NCBI GenBank assembly: GCA_044352465.1
Contig: JBILDU010000045.1
Coordinates: 1-22,663 of the forward strand
Direction: 5' to 3'
DNA length: 22,663 nucleotides
Source: Bdellovibrionota bacterium
Lineage (GTDB): Bacteria; Bdellovibrionota_C; UBA2361
Below the pieces are notes generated by a model. The model saw only the letters and a list, made by a program, of their open reading frames with translations. It did not search any database and was not told where the DNA came from. Below, one piece after another: positions 8,730-18,693 of the stretch (positions are counted from its first letter, which is position 1; each line of letters opens with the position of its first letter). The position numbers and the translations under genes are program-made.

Positions 8730-9206
8730 ACTCCCCGCCCTATTTTTTAGGCTCAAATACGGGACGCTGACGGTTTGCACAGCCGGAGTTAATCGACTTG
8801 AGCGCTATGAGCTGTCTCCCCATCTTCGCCCTTAGACTGCCCAGATTTTCACGCTTTAAATGGCGCGGCTCACCCCGTAACTTCTCGATCTTCTGATTAA
8901 TAGTAAACATATCTGGCGCCTCCCCTCTTTGCCGGAACTAAGCCAGCCAACTCGGCCGCACTTGACCTTTTGGTCCAAGCCCCCTCAGAGGGCCGACCCG
9001 AGTATACCGACGGATGAGAGGCTACTCAACGCGGACCACGAGGCCGCACACGGAGAACACAAAAGTGAGCATAAGTCGCCGAAGCGACGCAAAGTTAACC
9101 GGGGATTGGGCTATTCCCAGCTTGGAGGGGCTTCTGGGGTTGGCAAGAAATAGCCGGACTCACCATCTTGGTTGTCAAAACAGTTTTTTCACAACCCTGA
9201 GACCGG

Positions 9207-10628
9207 TTAGCCGTTCAGTTTCCCCTCTTCAGCCATCGTCTGCTGGATGGGTCCTTTGAAAATATTGAAGGTCTTCAGGAGGTCGTAGGCCTTCCTGAGC
9301 TGAGGGTCGCGCCCAAGCCAAACCTCGACATCCTCGGTCTCCGGATTAATCACCTCGTTGCCCTCCGGCACCGTGGGCACCTTATTGAGCCGCTTCATCA
9401 CCGGCTCATCCGCCCGCCCACCATTCGTGGGGTTGGATATAGCTCCGGGCAGGTCGCTCTCACGGACCCGGATGCTTTGTTTCGGGGGGGAGGGCTCCTC
9501 CATCGCCTCCTCCGGCGCATCGATCTCGATATCCGGTTTAACCCCAGTTGCTTGGATCGAATTACCACTCTTGGTGTAATAGAGAGCTGTGGTCAAGGTA
9601 AGCGCCCCGCCGTTCTCAAGTGGGGTAATCGTCTGCACCGACCCTTTGCCAAAGGTCTGCGTCCCCAAGATGAGAGCGCGACCGTGGTCTTTCAGCGCCC
9701 CCGCAACGATCTCCGCCGCCGAGGCGGAGCCGCCATTGACGAGTACGACGATCGGATAGGCTGGCTCGGTATCACGGGAATGGGCAAAAAACTTTTGCTT
9801 CTGTGCCTCTACCCGACCATCGGTGTAAACGATGACACCGTCTTTTAAGAACATGTCGCTCACTTTAATCGCTTGGGTGAGCAGACCACCCGGATTGTTC
9901 CGCAAATCAAGCACCAAACCGGCGATCGCCCCACCAGATTGCGCCCGAATCGTCCGCAATCCGCCCTTGAGGTCGTCAAAGGTTTTTTCCATGAACTGAT
10001 TGATCCGCACGTAACCGAAGTTATCCCCGAGGTGGCGCGAGCGGACACTGCGCACCTGAATATTATCGCGTAAAAGGGTGACATCGATAAGATCTGGCTG
10101 CCCCTTCCGCGAGATAGAGATACTGATCGGGGACCCCTTCGGACCACGCAACCGCTTCACTGCATCAACAAGTGAGTATTCTTTGGTGAATTTCCCCTCG
10201 ATCTTGACGATCGCATCACCGGACTTAATCCCTGCCCGCTCAGCTGGCGATCCCTCCATCGGGGACACGACGATAAGCAGGCCATCTTTAATCGTGATCT
10301 CGATACCGAGTCCGCCGAACTCCCCTTTCGTCTGAACTTGGAGGTCTTGATAAAATTCCGGATCGAGATATCCACTGTGAGGATCGAGGGTCGTCAACAT
10401 CCCCTTGATCGCCCCCTCGACGAGTTTTTTGTTCTCAACTTCCTTTACGTAATCGCGCTGCACTATCGCGAGCACATCGGTAAAGACCTTGAGTTGTTCA
10501 TAGAGACTTCCCCCGCCCTTCTCGCGCGCACTCACCTCTTTGAGGCTTCCGCCGAAAAACAACACGAGCGCGAGGGTGAGCGCGGTAGACGCCCAAAAAC
10601 GCTCACGCGGGGAAAAAGAACGGGACAT
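9207..10628 (-). CDS. ctpA: Carboxy-terminal processing protease, peptidase S41A with PDZ domain
   Basis: Signal/TM N-terminus, LDPHS, GLGIEI PDZ, LDLRNNPGG, catalytic SASAAEI and TFGKGSVQ. Confidence 0.95.
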   Translation of the reverse strand: MSRSFSPRERFWASTALTLALVLFFGGSLKEVSAREKGGGSLYEQLKVFTDVLAIVQRDYVKEVENKKLVEGAIKGMLTTLDPHSGYLDPEFYQDLQVQTKGEFGGLGIEITIKDGLLIVVSPMEGSPAERAGIKSGDAIVKIEGKFTKEYSLVDAVKRLRGPKGSPISISISRKGQPDLIDVTLLRDNIQVRSVRSRHLGDNFGYVRINQFMEKTFDDLKGGLRTIRAQSGGAIAGLVLDLRNNPGGLLTQAIKVSDMFLKDGVIVYTDGRVEAQKQKFFAHSRDTEPAYPIVVLVNGGSASAAEIVAGALKDHGRALILGTQTFGKGSVQTITPLENGGALTLTTALYYTKSGNSIQATGVKPDIEIDAPEEAMEEPSPPKQSIRVRESDLPGAISNPTNGGRADEPVMKRLNKVPTVPEGNEVINPETEDVEVWLGRDPQLRKAYDLLKTFNIFKGPIQQTMAEEGKLNG

Positions 10629-10650
10629 CGAAACCCCTTAAAAGAGTAGT

Positions 10651-10680
10651 ATTATAGCTAGGATAGCAATAAGCGGTGAA
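10651..10680 (-). promoter_or_regulatory. Putative internal promoter for ctpA
   Basis: Perfect TATAAT (10651-10656) with TTCACC 18 nt upstream. AAGGGG SD before the ATG. Confidence 0.5.
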
Positions 10681-10829
10681 ACGATTCAAGATAAAGGCGC
10701 GTCCCGAAGCAAAAAGGTTTGACGAGCGGAGTCGGGAAACTCCGGAGGGGGAACGATCGCCTCGGTCTTAGGCGCTCACCCTGACCGCACCACCCCGGGC
10801 ACGGTGAAACATGGTACCGGAGACCACTG

Positions 10830-12026
10830 CTAACGAAAATACGGTCCTGGGTCGACCGGGGTCCCGTTCTTACGAATCTCGAAATAAAGGTTTCCCCCCA
10901 TCCCCTCGGTAGACGAGAGTCGACCGAGCACCTCCCCCGCGCGAACGTCCTGGCCTCGCTGAGCTGAAATCTCCCCCATTTTACCGTAGAGGCTGTAGGA
11001 GCGGGCCCCATGGTCAATGATGACTATCGTTCCATAACCAGGCATCGGACCGAGGTGGAGTACCCGCCCAGAGCCGACCGCGGTAACCGCCGTACCCGGG
11101 TCTCCCCGGTACTCTTGCCCCTTACTGAAGACGTAATCCTCGAATTGAGCTCGCTTGGTTCGCCCGAAAGGGGTAACGACCTCGCCCTTTACCGGCCGAA
11201 CCAGCTTGCCTTTACGGCTATCGAGGCCGGATCCCTCAAATGGCTCGACGGGAGTCCCCCCTACTGCTACTGAGCCGGCCGGGACAGCACCCCGCGCGTC
11301 ACTCACCACCTCTCCCTCGATTAACGAGACTAATACCGCTTCAAGTCTGAGGGCTTGGGCGCGCAAAGCAGCAAGCGCCCCCTCAACATCGACTTTCTCC
11401 CGCTCGATAGCGGCCATCAACCGCTCCTCTTCAGCGACTTTCCCCTTCAACCTGGTGGCCCGCTTGTTCAGCTCCTGTTTTAATCGAAGCTGCTCGCCGT
11501 TAACCTTCACGAGTTGCCGCTGTACCGACTCGTTGGCGGTCACCAATTGCCGCATCTCAGCGAGAAGCTCGCGGTCGTAGGCCGAGACCTTCGCCAAAAG
11601 GTAGGCATTCTTCAATAACTCGCCTGAGGTGGCGGCTCCGATGATGTGATCGGCAACGGCTCGATTACGGTAGACATAAAGCGCCCGTACCCGCTGTACC
11701 GCGACCACCCGCAGCCGCTCCATCTCACGCCCCAGCCGCCCCATCTCCTTATCAAGCTCGGATTTTTTGAGGAGGCCCGCCTCAACCTGACGGTTGAGCT
11801 CCGCCTCCTCCTTACGCAACTTCGAAACCTCTACTCGAAGAGTTTTGAGGGCCTTTTCCCGCGTAAGCCGCTGCTCAACCAGCTCAGCCAGACGGGCGTT
11901 GGCGGATTCGACCTCCGCATTGATACGCTCAAGCTGAGCCGCTCCCTCGTGAGCTGAAGACTCGTACGGGAGCACGCCCACAAGCGCAACCGCAACTGCC
12001 ACGAATGCGCGACGCACTTTACTCAA
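10830..12026 (-). CDS. envC: Murein hydrolase activator EnvC (coiled-coil plus degenerate M23 domain)
   Basis: Signal peptide, long coiled coil, and a C-terminal LytM fold (GYG...IIDHG, LYFEIR) lacking Zn ligands (SKGQE in place of HxGxD, YGKM in place of YxHL). Directly after ftsEX. TTG start. Confidence 0.85.
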   Translation of the reverse strand: MSKVRRAFVAVAVALVGVLPYESSAHEGAAQLERINAEVESANARLAELVEQRLTREKALKTLRVEVSKLRKEEAELNRQVEAGLLKKSELDKEMGRLGREMERLRVVAVQRVRALYVYRNRAVADHIIGAATSGELLKNAYLLAKVSAYDRELLAEMRQLVTANESVQRQLVKVNGEQLRLKQELNKRATRLKGKVAEEERLMAAIEREKVDVEGALAALRAQALRLEAVLVSLIEGEVVSDARGAVPAGSVAVGGTPVEPFEGSGLDSRKGKLVRPVKGEVVTPFGRTKRAQFEDYVFSKGQEYRGDPGTAVTAVGSGRVLHLGPMPGYGTIVIIDHGARSYSLYGKMGEISAQRGQDVRAGEVLGRLSSTEGMGGNLYFEIRKNGTPVDPGPYFR

Positions 12027-13026
12027 CGCTAAAGCGCCTCACCGCAAGAAAACTTCCGAGCAAACCCACCGCGATTCCTGCGAACACCACGAGTGCCACA
12101 CCAACAACGTCGAGCGGTGGTAGCGCATGAGCGAATCCGGAGAGGAGTTCTGAGCGGCTTAAAAAGCGGTTCACGCCCCCAACAAGAATCGACAACAACG
12201 TCAGTCCCAAAAGCGCCCCCAAAAAGCCCTGTGCGCCTCCCTCGATGAGAAACGGCGCACGAACAAAAGCCTGGGTCGCACCAACGAGCCGCATAATCTC
12301 GATCTCGCTTCGATGAGCGTACAGCGCGAGCTTGATAGTATTCGCCATTAAAAATCCGGTGGCGAACAGCATGAAGACGATCGCTCCCCCGCCCCCGACT
12401 CGAAGCGTTTGCATCATCGCCCCTAACCGACCAACCACTCCCCCACTGTAGTGGATGTGATCAACCAGCGGATGCCCCGCATACTCACTGGAGAGAGCTT
12501 GATACTCTTGGAGCGAGCCGAACTCGGGCTTGAACTTCACCGTGAAAGAGGCTGGAAGTGGGTTCCGCTCAGCCAGCCCCTCAAGGAGCGCAGCCTCGTC
12601 CCCGAGCGAAGCCCGGAATTCGTCGAGCGCCGCATCGCTCGATACGAAATCAACGCTTGCGACCTCCGGTCGCGAACGCAACTCCCCCTCCAGGGCCACC
12701 CGGGCATCGCCGGCTGAATCGCCTTTGAGATAAAGCGTCAGGGCCACATCGCTGCGGGTCTCCACGGCGACCCGGTTGACGGTCTGTAGAAGAAGGCAGA
12801 AAGCGGCGAGCAGAAAGAGAGCCACGCTCATCGTGGCTAACGTCAATAACGACGTGAGGGGGGCCGAGCGTACGCTACGCCAAGCGATCGAGACCAGTTG
12901 TTTGGCCATGGCCCACCGACTGAGTCGGGAAAGCTCAGAGCCGCGCGCCCAGATCGCCGTGAGGCCGAACGCTGAGCTCCCCTCACCCGAGCCGTGTTCA
13001 ACTTCACTCGCGCTGTTGCGACTCAT
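12019..13026 (-). CDS. ftsX: Cell division ABC permease FtsX
   Basis: TM1, extracytoplasmic loop with NPLPASF, NTIKL...EIEIMRLVGAT..FVRAPFLIEG. ATGA-coupled to ftsE. Confidence 0.95.
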   Translation of the reverse strand: MSRNSASEVEHGSGEGSSAFGLTAIWARGSELSRLSRWAMAKQLVSIAWRSVRSAPLTSLLTLATMSVALFLLAAFCLLLQTVNRVAVETRSDVALTLYLKGDSAGDARVALEGELRSRPEVASVDFVSSDAALDEFRASLGDEAALLEGLAERNPLPASFTVKFKPEFGSLQEYQALSSEYAGHPLVDHIHYSGGVVGRLGAMMQTLRVGGGGAIVFMLFATGFLMANTIKLALYAHRSEIEIMRLVGATQAFVRAPFLIEGGAQGFLGALLGLTLLSILVGGVNRFLSRSELLSGFAHALPPLDVVGVALVVFAGIAVGLLGSFLAVRRFSVE

Positions 13027-13703
13027 TGCACTCTCCGCATCCGCTCAAAGTCTCCGATAATCTTTCCGCTATCGATCACGACGGTACGTAAATTAAGCTC
13101 CTCAATTCGGGCAAGATCGTGAGTTGCCACCACAATAGTCACCCCTGCAGCGTTCGCCTCGAGAAGGAGATCAAAGACGACTCGCGCCATGTCGGGATCA
13201 AGATTTCCAGTTGGCTCATCGGCCAGGATGAGACGGGGTCGATGAATGAGCGCACGCGCAATAGCGACCCGCTGCTGTTCACCACCTGACAAGGTTAACG
13301 GGTAAGACTCGGCACGTTCTCGGAGCCCCATCGAACCGAGAAGGCGTAACGCCAGCTCACGCCGCTCGGCATACTCAACCCCTTGAACCTCAAGTCCGAA
13401 GGCAACGTTATCGACAACCGTTCGTCGGGGCAGCAACTTGTAATCTTGGAAGATGAACCCGATCTCCCGTCGCAGAAGCGAAATATCGTTGCCGTGGACA
13501 TTCGAAAGGTTTCGTCCCCCAACAACGACCTGTCCCTTGGTCGCTCGCTCCGCACCAAAAAGGAGTTTCAACAGAGTCGACTTCCCCGCCCCACTCGCTC
13601 CCGCGATAAAGACAAACTCCCCCCCCTCAACCTTCAGATCAAGCCCTTTGAGCGCGAGCTGCTCCGGCGGATAGTGCTTTGTCACACCGTGAAGATTGAT
13701 CAC
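13023..13703 (-). CDS. ftsE: Cell division ATP-binding protein FtsE
   Basis: GASGAGKS, FQDYKLL, LSGGEQQRVAIARA, ADEPTGNLDP and VATHD. Adjacent to ftsX. Confidence 0.95.
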   Translation of the reverse strand: MINLHGVTKHYPPEQLALKGLDLKVEGGEFVFIAGASGAGKSTLLKLLFGAERATKGQVVVGGRNLSNVHGNDISLLRREIGFIFQDYKLLPRRTVVDNVAFGLEVQGVEYAERRELALRLLGSMGLRERAESYPLTLSGGEQQRVAIARALIHRPRLILADEPTGNLDPDMARVVFDLLLEANAAGVTIVVATHDLARIEELNLRTVVIDSGKIIGDFERMRRVQ

Positions 13704-14515
13704 ATCCCGCTCCGTAATGAAAAAAGTGGGGCCAATCGCTCGAATCCCTCGCCATCAACCTGACCGAACGCCCGCATGTCGAGAGGAGTCACCGAAACAT
13801 GCCCGGTTCGTATCGCGTGAGTATCGTTCCCCGGCGTCATATCGGGAAAGACCTCCTGCAAGCGGTGCTCAAAGTGAGTTTCCGTCCGACCGAAAAAATT
13901 CCCGTAGGTCGAGCGACTCATGGAGGTTGGCCGCACCTCAACCGCCGGGTCCGCTAAAAACGGCAGATTCACGTTCCACGTAATCGGTTGAGCAAGCAGA
14001 CTCGAATGTTTTTGGAATACTCCGAAAACTCGATCGAGCAACGGACCGGTCTGACGCTCCAGACGGGCGTGTGTCTCCGGCGGCAGAGCGTATTCGGCGG
14101 CGTAATGGTTCATCGTCGCGGTGTCAAACGCCTGACTCAATGCGATCCCAGGTATTCCAGCGATATTTCCCTCAAGACACGCCCCGACCGTACCGGAGCT
14201 AAAAATAAACCCCATCCCGGCGTTAAGCCCTGCATTAATGCCCGAGACAACAAGGTCGGGCTTCGCACCACAAAGGTGATAGATCCCCACATTGACGCAA
14301 TCCGCCGGAGTACCATCGACGGTAAACGAAGGATGACCAAAAAGCTCGATCGCTTCAGCGTGCACGAACGCAAAGCGAGTCATCGACTTCCCTTTCCAAC
14401 TCTGCTCGTGCTTCGGGACGACAACGGTCAGATCGCCGAGATGTCGCAGTTTGGCGATAACAAATCCAAGCAGGGGCGAGATATGGCTGTCGTCGTTCGT
14501 AAGCAGGATCTTCAT
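13700..14515 (-). CDS. surE: SurE-family 5'/3'-nucleotidase, divergent
   Basis: MKILLTNDD, GTPADCV, DLVVSGINAG.N, SGTVGA, NVNLP and GHVSVTPL. Confidence 0.88.
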   Translation of the reverse strand: MKILLTNDDSHISPLLGFVIAKLRHLGDLTVVVPKHEQSWKGKSMTRFAFVHAEAIELFGHPSFTVDGTPADCVNVGIYHLCGAKPDLVVSGINAGLNAGMGFIFSSGTVGACLEGNIAGIPGIALSQAFDTATMNHYAAEYALPPETHARLERQTGPLLDRVFGVFQKHSSLLAQPITWNVNLPFLADPAVEVRPTSMSRSTYGNFFGRTETHFEHRLQEVFPDMTPGNDTHAIRTGHVSVTPLDMRAFGQVDGEGFERLAPLFSLRSGM

Positions 14516-14655
14516 GGCACAGTGATCTTCACCGTTCGTCGTTCCTAACAGCGCGAAGAAATACGCCCCGCCAGGGTACCACGGCGTTTTCCTGACTCAC
14601 AACGGAGAGATTACCAGCCTCCGCTGCGGCACCCGGGCTTCTATCCCTGGCAGCA

Positions 14656-17040
14656 CTAGGCGAGGCTGAGAATCCGCTCCAAAAACTGCCGCGGGACGAG
14701 CGGCCGTTTTTCAGCGAGCGCCTGGTGGTATATGACGGTTGAGGGAGTGAGACCGGGCAACGTATTCGCTTCGATCACGTATATCTCACCGGTTTTGATA
14801 TTCAAAAAAGCGTCGATGCGAGCATATCCACCGAGGCCGAGCGCGGCCGCAACCCGTTCGATCCGCCGCTTCGCCCCCTCGACGACTCTCGTCGGTACAT
14901 AACGGGAAGGCGGAGGGGTAATATTGATTCCGGTGCCACCCTGGAACTTCTCCTCAACGCTCAAGACATCCCCGCTTGCGACCGTGATGCTCGGGCTCAT
15001 CGCCCGCATGCGCCCCTTCTTTCCGACGACGCCAACGGTGACTTCCACCCATCCGGTCACATGGTTCCAGGTGAGTTTATTCCGCACGACATTGACCCGA
15101 TCGGTCTCGATAAACTGCTCAATCAATAACGCGTTGGGGAGATCCACCGGCATCTCGACGATCTCCCCCTGATTGGTGAGGGTATCCTTGGCGAGGCGGG
15201 AGGCCCGCTTTAAGAGATGATCGACATACACCGCCAGGTCACGCGCGGAATAGATGCGCACGATACCGGCCGAACATCCATCCGCGCCCGGCTTAATAAT
15301 AAAGGACCGACCTCCCAATTCTTGTTCGAGACGCCGCCATAAATCGGCGAAATCCCCTCCCCCTAACTTGCGGAGCTGCGCCGTTCGGACGACGAGCCGC
15401 TTCGCCGAAAAAATGCCGTACCGTTCCAGCCCCTTCACGATCTCGCCGGTGCGGTACTTATCCATTCCGATCCGCGACCCCTTCGCGTCGGAGCCGTTGA
15501 ATCGGACCCCCGCTCGCGCAAGCATCTCCTGAAGCCGACCGTCTTCGCCGATCCCACCGTGGAGTCCAAGAAAAACGATCTTACTGCTCCGCACAAAATC
15601 GCTGAGGGTCATTTTGCGAGGTAAAAAATTCCCCTCACTGATCTGGCCCGGCAGCGGTGCGAGACGATTGAGAACCCGCTCCCGAAGCGCCTGAAATCCC
15701 CGCTCTGCACCAGCGGCACTCCGACACCCCGCCATCAACTCCTCAACCGTGTGATTGAGGGTGAGAGAGTATGGCAGTTCCCAAACTGCACCATCCATGT
15801 CGAGGAGATACGGATGGGGCTCATACCGCGTTGAGCGCCGGAGCTTGAGCCAAACATTCGTCCCCGACATGACCGACACCTGTCGCTCTGCAGTCCGTCC
15901 CCCGAAAAGAACGTTAACCCGTTCACGCCGGGCGCGGGTGACCGGCGGCTCGATCGGATCAAATTTGATTCCCGCCCGCTGACAGGCGTGCGCCACAACG
16001 AACCGAAGCATATCCCGGTGGCTCATGCCGATGCGTGCCGCCTGGAGAAACAGAAAACTATTCTGCTCCATCCCGCTGATGGGGTTAAAATCGGAGAACC
16101 AGATCCGCTCATCCGGCATGACCCACCCATCGAAACGAGCAAAATCACGGAGACCAAAGAGGTTAAAGAGTTGTTCGGCCTGACTCTGCACCCGCTCGAG
16201 CACCCGACTTTCAAATCGGGGGGGACAGTGATACGTCACCTGACGAGTCGGGAGATATTTTTTGCGATAGTCAAAGATCTGGTGGCGCGTGTAATCCGCT
16301 TCGATCTCAACCGGCAGGAGACACACCGGAATATCGAACCGATTCTGCACAATAACCGCGGTAAACTCAGTTCCCCGGCAGAACTCCTCGACGACGACAC
16401 GGCGGTAGAAGTTACTCGCGAAGAGCTTCTCCACCATCCGCTCGGCTTCTCCCGGGTTTGCCACGGAAAAAACCCCGATACTCGAGCCACCGGTAGCTGG
16501 CTTCACCACCGCACGATCGAGACGGTGGCGCTTAAAGAACTGCGCGATCTTTCGACCGATCTCCCGCTCACCTCGATTGATTGCGATCGAAGGAAGCGCA
16601 TGGAACCCGTGCGCTTTAATCGTCTCATTTGCATCAAACTTGTCGAAACACCGCCGACACGCAGCGGCCGGTGAACCGACGAACGGGACGCCAAGCCCCT
16701 CTAAAAGGGTCTGAACTCCCCCATCCTCACCGAACAAACCGTGCATGACCGGAAAAACAAGATCGACCCCTCGAAGCACCGTACGTAATTGAGCGGCCGA
16801 GAGTGCTTTACCGGACGAATGCAACTTAAAGTCAAAATCAGAAGGGGTATTCGAGTAGAGCTGGCCGCGCGAGATCGCATATGCTCGTTTCGTGCTATCG
16901 AAATACACCGGGAGGATCTCGATATCATCTGCATCGAGATGATCACACACCGAACGGGCTGAGTTAAGTGAGATTCCCCGCTCGGGTGATGGGCCACCAC
17001 AGAGTACGGCGAGACGGAGGCGGTGTTTTTTTGACATCAT
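14656..17040 (-). CDS. ddl: Tandem double-domain D-alanine--D-alanine ligase family protein
   Basis: Two complete Ddl motif sets: GGPSPERGISLNS / HGLFGEDG / KPATGGSSIG / DYRKKY / RFD / DFNPISG, then GGRTAERQVSVMS / HGGIGEDG / KPGADGCSAG / EEKF / RID / EANTLPG. Confidence 0.92.
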   Translation of the reverse strand: MMSKKHRLRLAVLCGGPSPERGISLNSARSVCDHLDADDIEILPVYFDSTKRAYAISRGQLYSNTPSDFDFKLHSSGKALSAAQLRTVLRGVDLVFPVMHGLFGEDGGVQTLLEGLGVPFVGSPAAACRRCFDKFDANETIKAHGFHALPSIAINRGEREIGRKIAQFFKRHRLDRAVVKPATGGSSIGVFSVANPGEAERMVEKLFASNFYRRVVVEEFCRGTEFTAVIVQNRFDIPVCLLPVEIEADYTRHQIFDYRKKYLPTRQVTYHCPPRFESRVLERVQSQAEQLFNLFGLRDFARFDGWVMPDERIWFSDFNPISGMEQNSFLFLQAARIGMSHRDMLRFVVAHACQRAGIKFDPIEPPVTRARRERVNVLFGGRTAERQVSVMSGTNVWLKLRRSTRYEPHPYLLDMDGAVWELPYSLTLNHTVEELMAGCRSAAGAERGFQALRERVLNRLAPLPGQISEGNFLPRKMTLSDFVRSSKIVFLGLHGGIGEDGRLQEMLARAGVRFNGSDAKGSRIGMDKYRTGEIVKGLERYGIFSAKRLVVRTAQLRKLGGGDFADLWRRLEQELGGRSFIIKPGADGCSAGIVRIYSARDLAVYVDHLLKRASRLAKDTLTNQGEIVEMPVDLPNALLIEQFIETDRVNVVRNKLTWNHVTGWVEVTVGVVGKKGRMRAMSPSITVASGDVLSVEEKFQGGTGINITPPPSRYVPTRVVEGAKRRIERVAAALGLGGYARIDAFLNIKTGEIYVIEANTLPGLTPSTVIYHQALAEKRPLVPRQFLERILSLA

Positions 17041-17266
17041 GAGAATCTTTTAACCTTGTGCTCCCACCGAAAGGTTTTTTCTCGCCCTCCCGGGCAGGAG
17101 GGACCACCAACTTGGGGCAAAGCAATTCTCCAGGGGAGAAACAAAGCTTCACAAACCTCTGGGGGACGAATAAGCAACCCGTCGTTCGTGCTACCGACGT
17201 CCGCTCGAGCTGAAAAACTTTCGGGACAGACAACGAAGCAGCGGACTGAGCGCCCACACCCCTCAA

Positions 17267-17295
17267 AGTGTAGCTGCTACATCGAGGAGTGACAA
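17267..17295 (-). promoter_or_regulatory. Putative sigma70 promoter for ddl
   Basis: Minus strand TTGTCA-N17-TACACT, downstream of the ftsZ terminator. Confidence 0.65.
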
Positions 17296-17471
17296 GGAAT
17301 GCTCTCCTCGGACTCCACCAAAAAAATGAGGCCTTAAGATGAGGCGACCAGAGCAATCAACCCCAACACCGAACGACGCACTGAAAAGCCGCGCCCTCCG
17401 CGCAGGGAGAAAAATCTCTTTGACCGGGATACGAGCGCAATTGCTTCCAAAGACAATTGCCATTCGGGCAT

Positions 17472-17509
17472 AAAAAAACCCCCGGGCCTTCCTCAAGGCC
17501 CGGGGGTTT
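17472..17509 (-). terminator. Strong intrinsic terminator after ftsZ
   Basis: Perfect 15-bp stem AAACCCCCGGGCCTT / AAGGCCCGGGGGTTT with a 4-nt loop and a T7 tract on the minus strand. Confidence 0.92.
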
Positions 17510-17523
17510 CGCTCACTTGGCGA

Positions 17524-18693
17524 TCAGTCAACCTGCTTACGCAAAAAGGTCGGGATCTCGTACTTCTCCTCGTCCTCCGCGCTCGACAGAACCGAAAGCT
17601 TTTTCAGCTTGATCACCTCGCCCGCTGGCCCCTCTTTGCTCTTTCGCGCAAATGCGGGGAGGTCGATACGGTCAGCCGATGTTTCCTTTGTATTGACGAC
17701 CTGCGTCATCGTTACCGTCGTATCATCGGTGGCCCGCTCGCCAAAGCCGGTGGCGATGACGGTAACGCGTACCCGATCCTCAAGGTTCGGGTCGATGACC
17801 ATACCCCAGATGATGTTCGCATCTTCGTGCGCCTCGGCATGGATGAGCTCCGCTGCCTCGTTGACCTCTTGGAGGGTGACGTCCGGCGAGGCGGTGATGT
17901 TGATGAGCACCCCACGCGCACCGTGAATCGAGATATCCTCAAGGAGTGGGCTTGAGATAGCTTTTTCCGCCGCCTCGATCGCCCGATTCTCACCCGACGA
18001 CTCGCCTGTTCCCATCATCGCCATGCCCATCTCGGACATGACCGCACGAACGTCCGCGAAGTCGACGTTCACCAATCCCTCAAAAATGATGAGGTCGCTG
18101 ATGCCTTTTACCGCCTGATACAAGATATCATCGGCCCGACGGAAGGTGTCGAGTAAGGTGGTGTTCCGTCCAGCTATCGAGAGCAGACGCTGATTCGGGA
18201 TCGTGATGAGGGTATCCACCTGCTTTCGCAGCTCCTCGATCCCCCGGTCGGCGTTACGCATCCGGCGTTTCCCTTCAAAGAGAAACGGCTTCGTCACAAC
18301 GCCAACGGTCAGACACCCAAGCTCCTTCGCAACCTCTGCAACTACCGACGAACCGAGAGTGCCGGTACCACCGCCCATTCCAGCGGTGATGAACACCATA
18401 TCGGCGCCCTCGAGAGATTTGCGGATGCTCTCGACGCTCTCTTTGGCAGCCGAGTATCCCACGTCGGGGTCGGCCCCAGCTCCAAGCCCTTTCGTCATCT
18501 CGTCGCCGAGGGTCAGCTTGTTCGGCGCCGTGCTCGAGGCGAGTGCTTGAGCATCCGTATTCGCGGCGAAAAACTCGACCCCCTCGAGCCCACTCCGGAT
18601 CATGTTATTGACCGCATTCAGTCCGGCGCCACCGATCCCGAAAACTTTAATTCGAGCGTTGCGTGCCTGCAATTTCTTCGCTGTCTGGTCCAT
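17524..18693 (-). CDS. ftsZ: Cell division protein FtsZ
   Basis: [29 protein letters not shown] tubulin signature, NVDFADV and C-terminal EIPTFLRKQ. Confidence 0.99.
   Translation of the reverse strand: MDQTAKKLQARNARIKVFGIGGAGLNAVNNMIRSGLEGVEFFAANTDAQALASSTAPNKLTLGDEMTKGLGAGADPDVGYSAAKESVESIRKSLEGADMVFITAGMGGGTGTLGSSVVAEVAKELGCLTVGVVTKPFLFEGKRRMRNADRGIEELRKQVDTLITIPNQRLLSIAGRNTTLLDTFRRADDILYQAVKGISDLIIFEGLVNVDFADVRAVMSEMGMAMMGTGESSGENRAIEAAEKAISSPLLEDISIHGARGVLINITASPDVTLQEVNEAAELIHAEAHEDANIIWGMVIDPNLEDRVRVTVIATGFGERATDDTTVTMTQVVNTKETSADRIDLPAFARKSKEGPAGEVIKLKKLSVLSSAEDEEKYEIPTFLRKQVD

Noticed and set aside
10690..10829. Short hairpins between envC and ctpA considered as SRP or 6S RNA
   Set aside because: There is no SRP domain IV motif and no long rod structure; the stems are only 4-6 bp.
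10830..11250. Loss of Zn ligands in the M23 domain as a possible pseudogene or novelty
   Set aside because: This is the expected state for EnvC-type amidase activators next to ftsEX.
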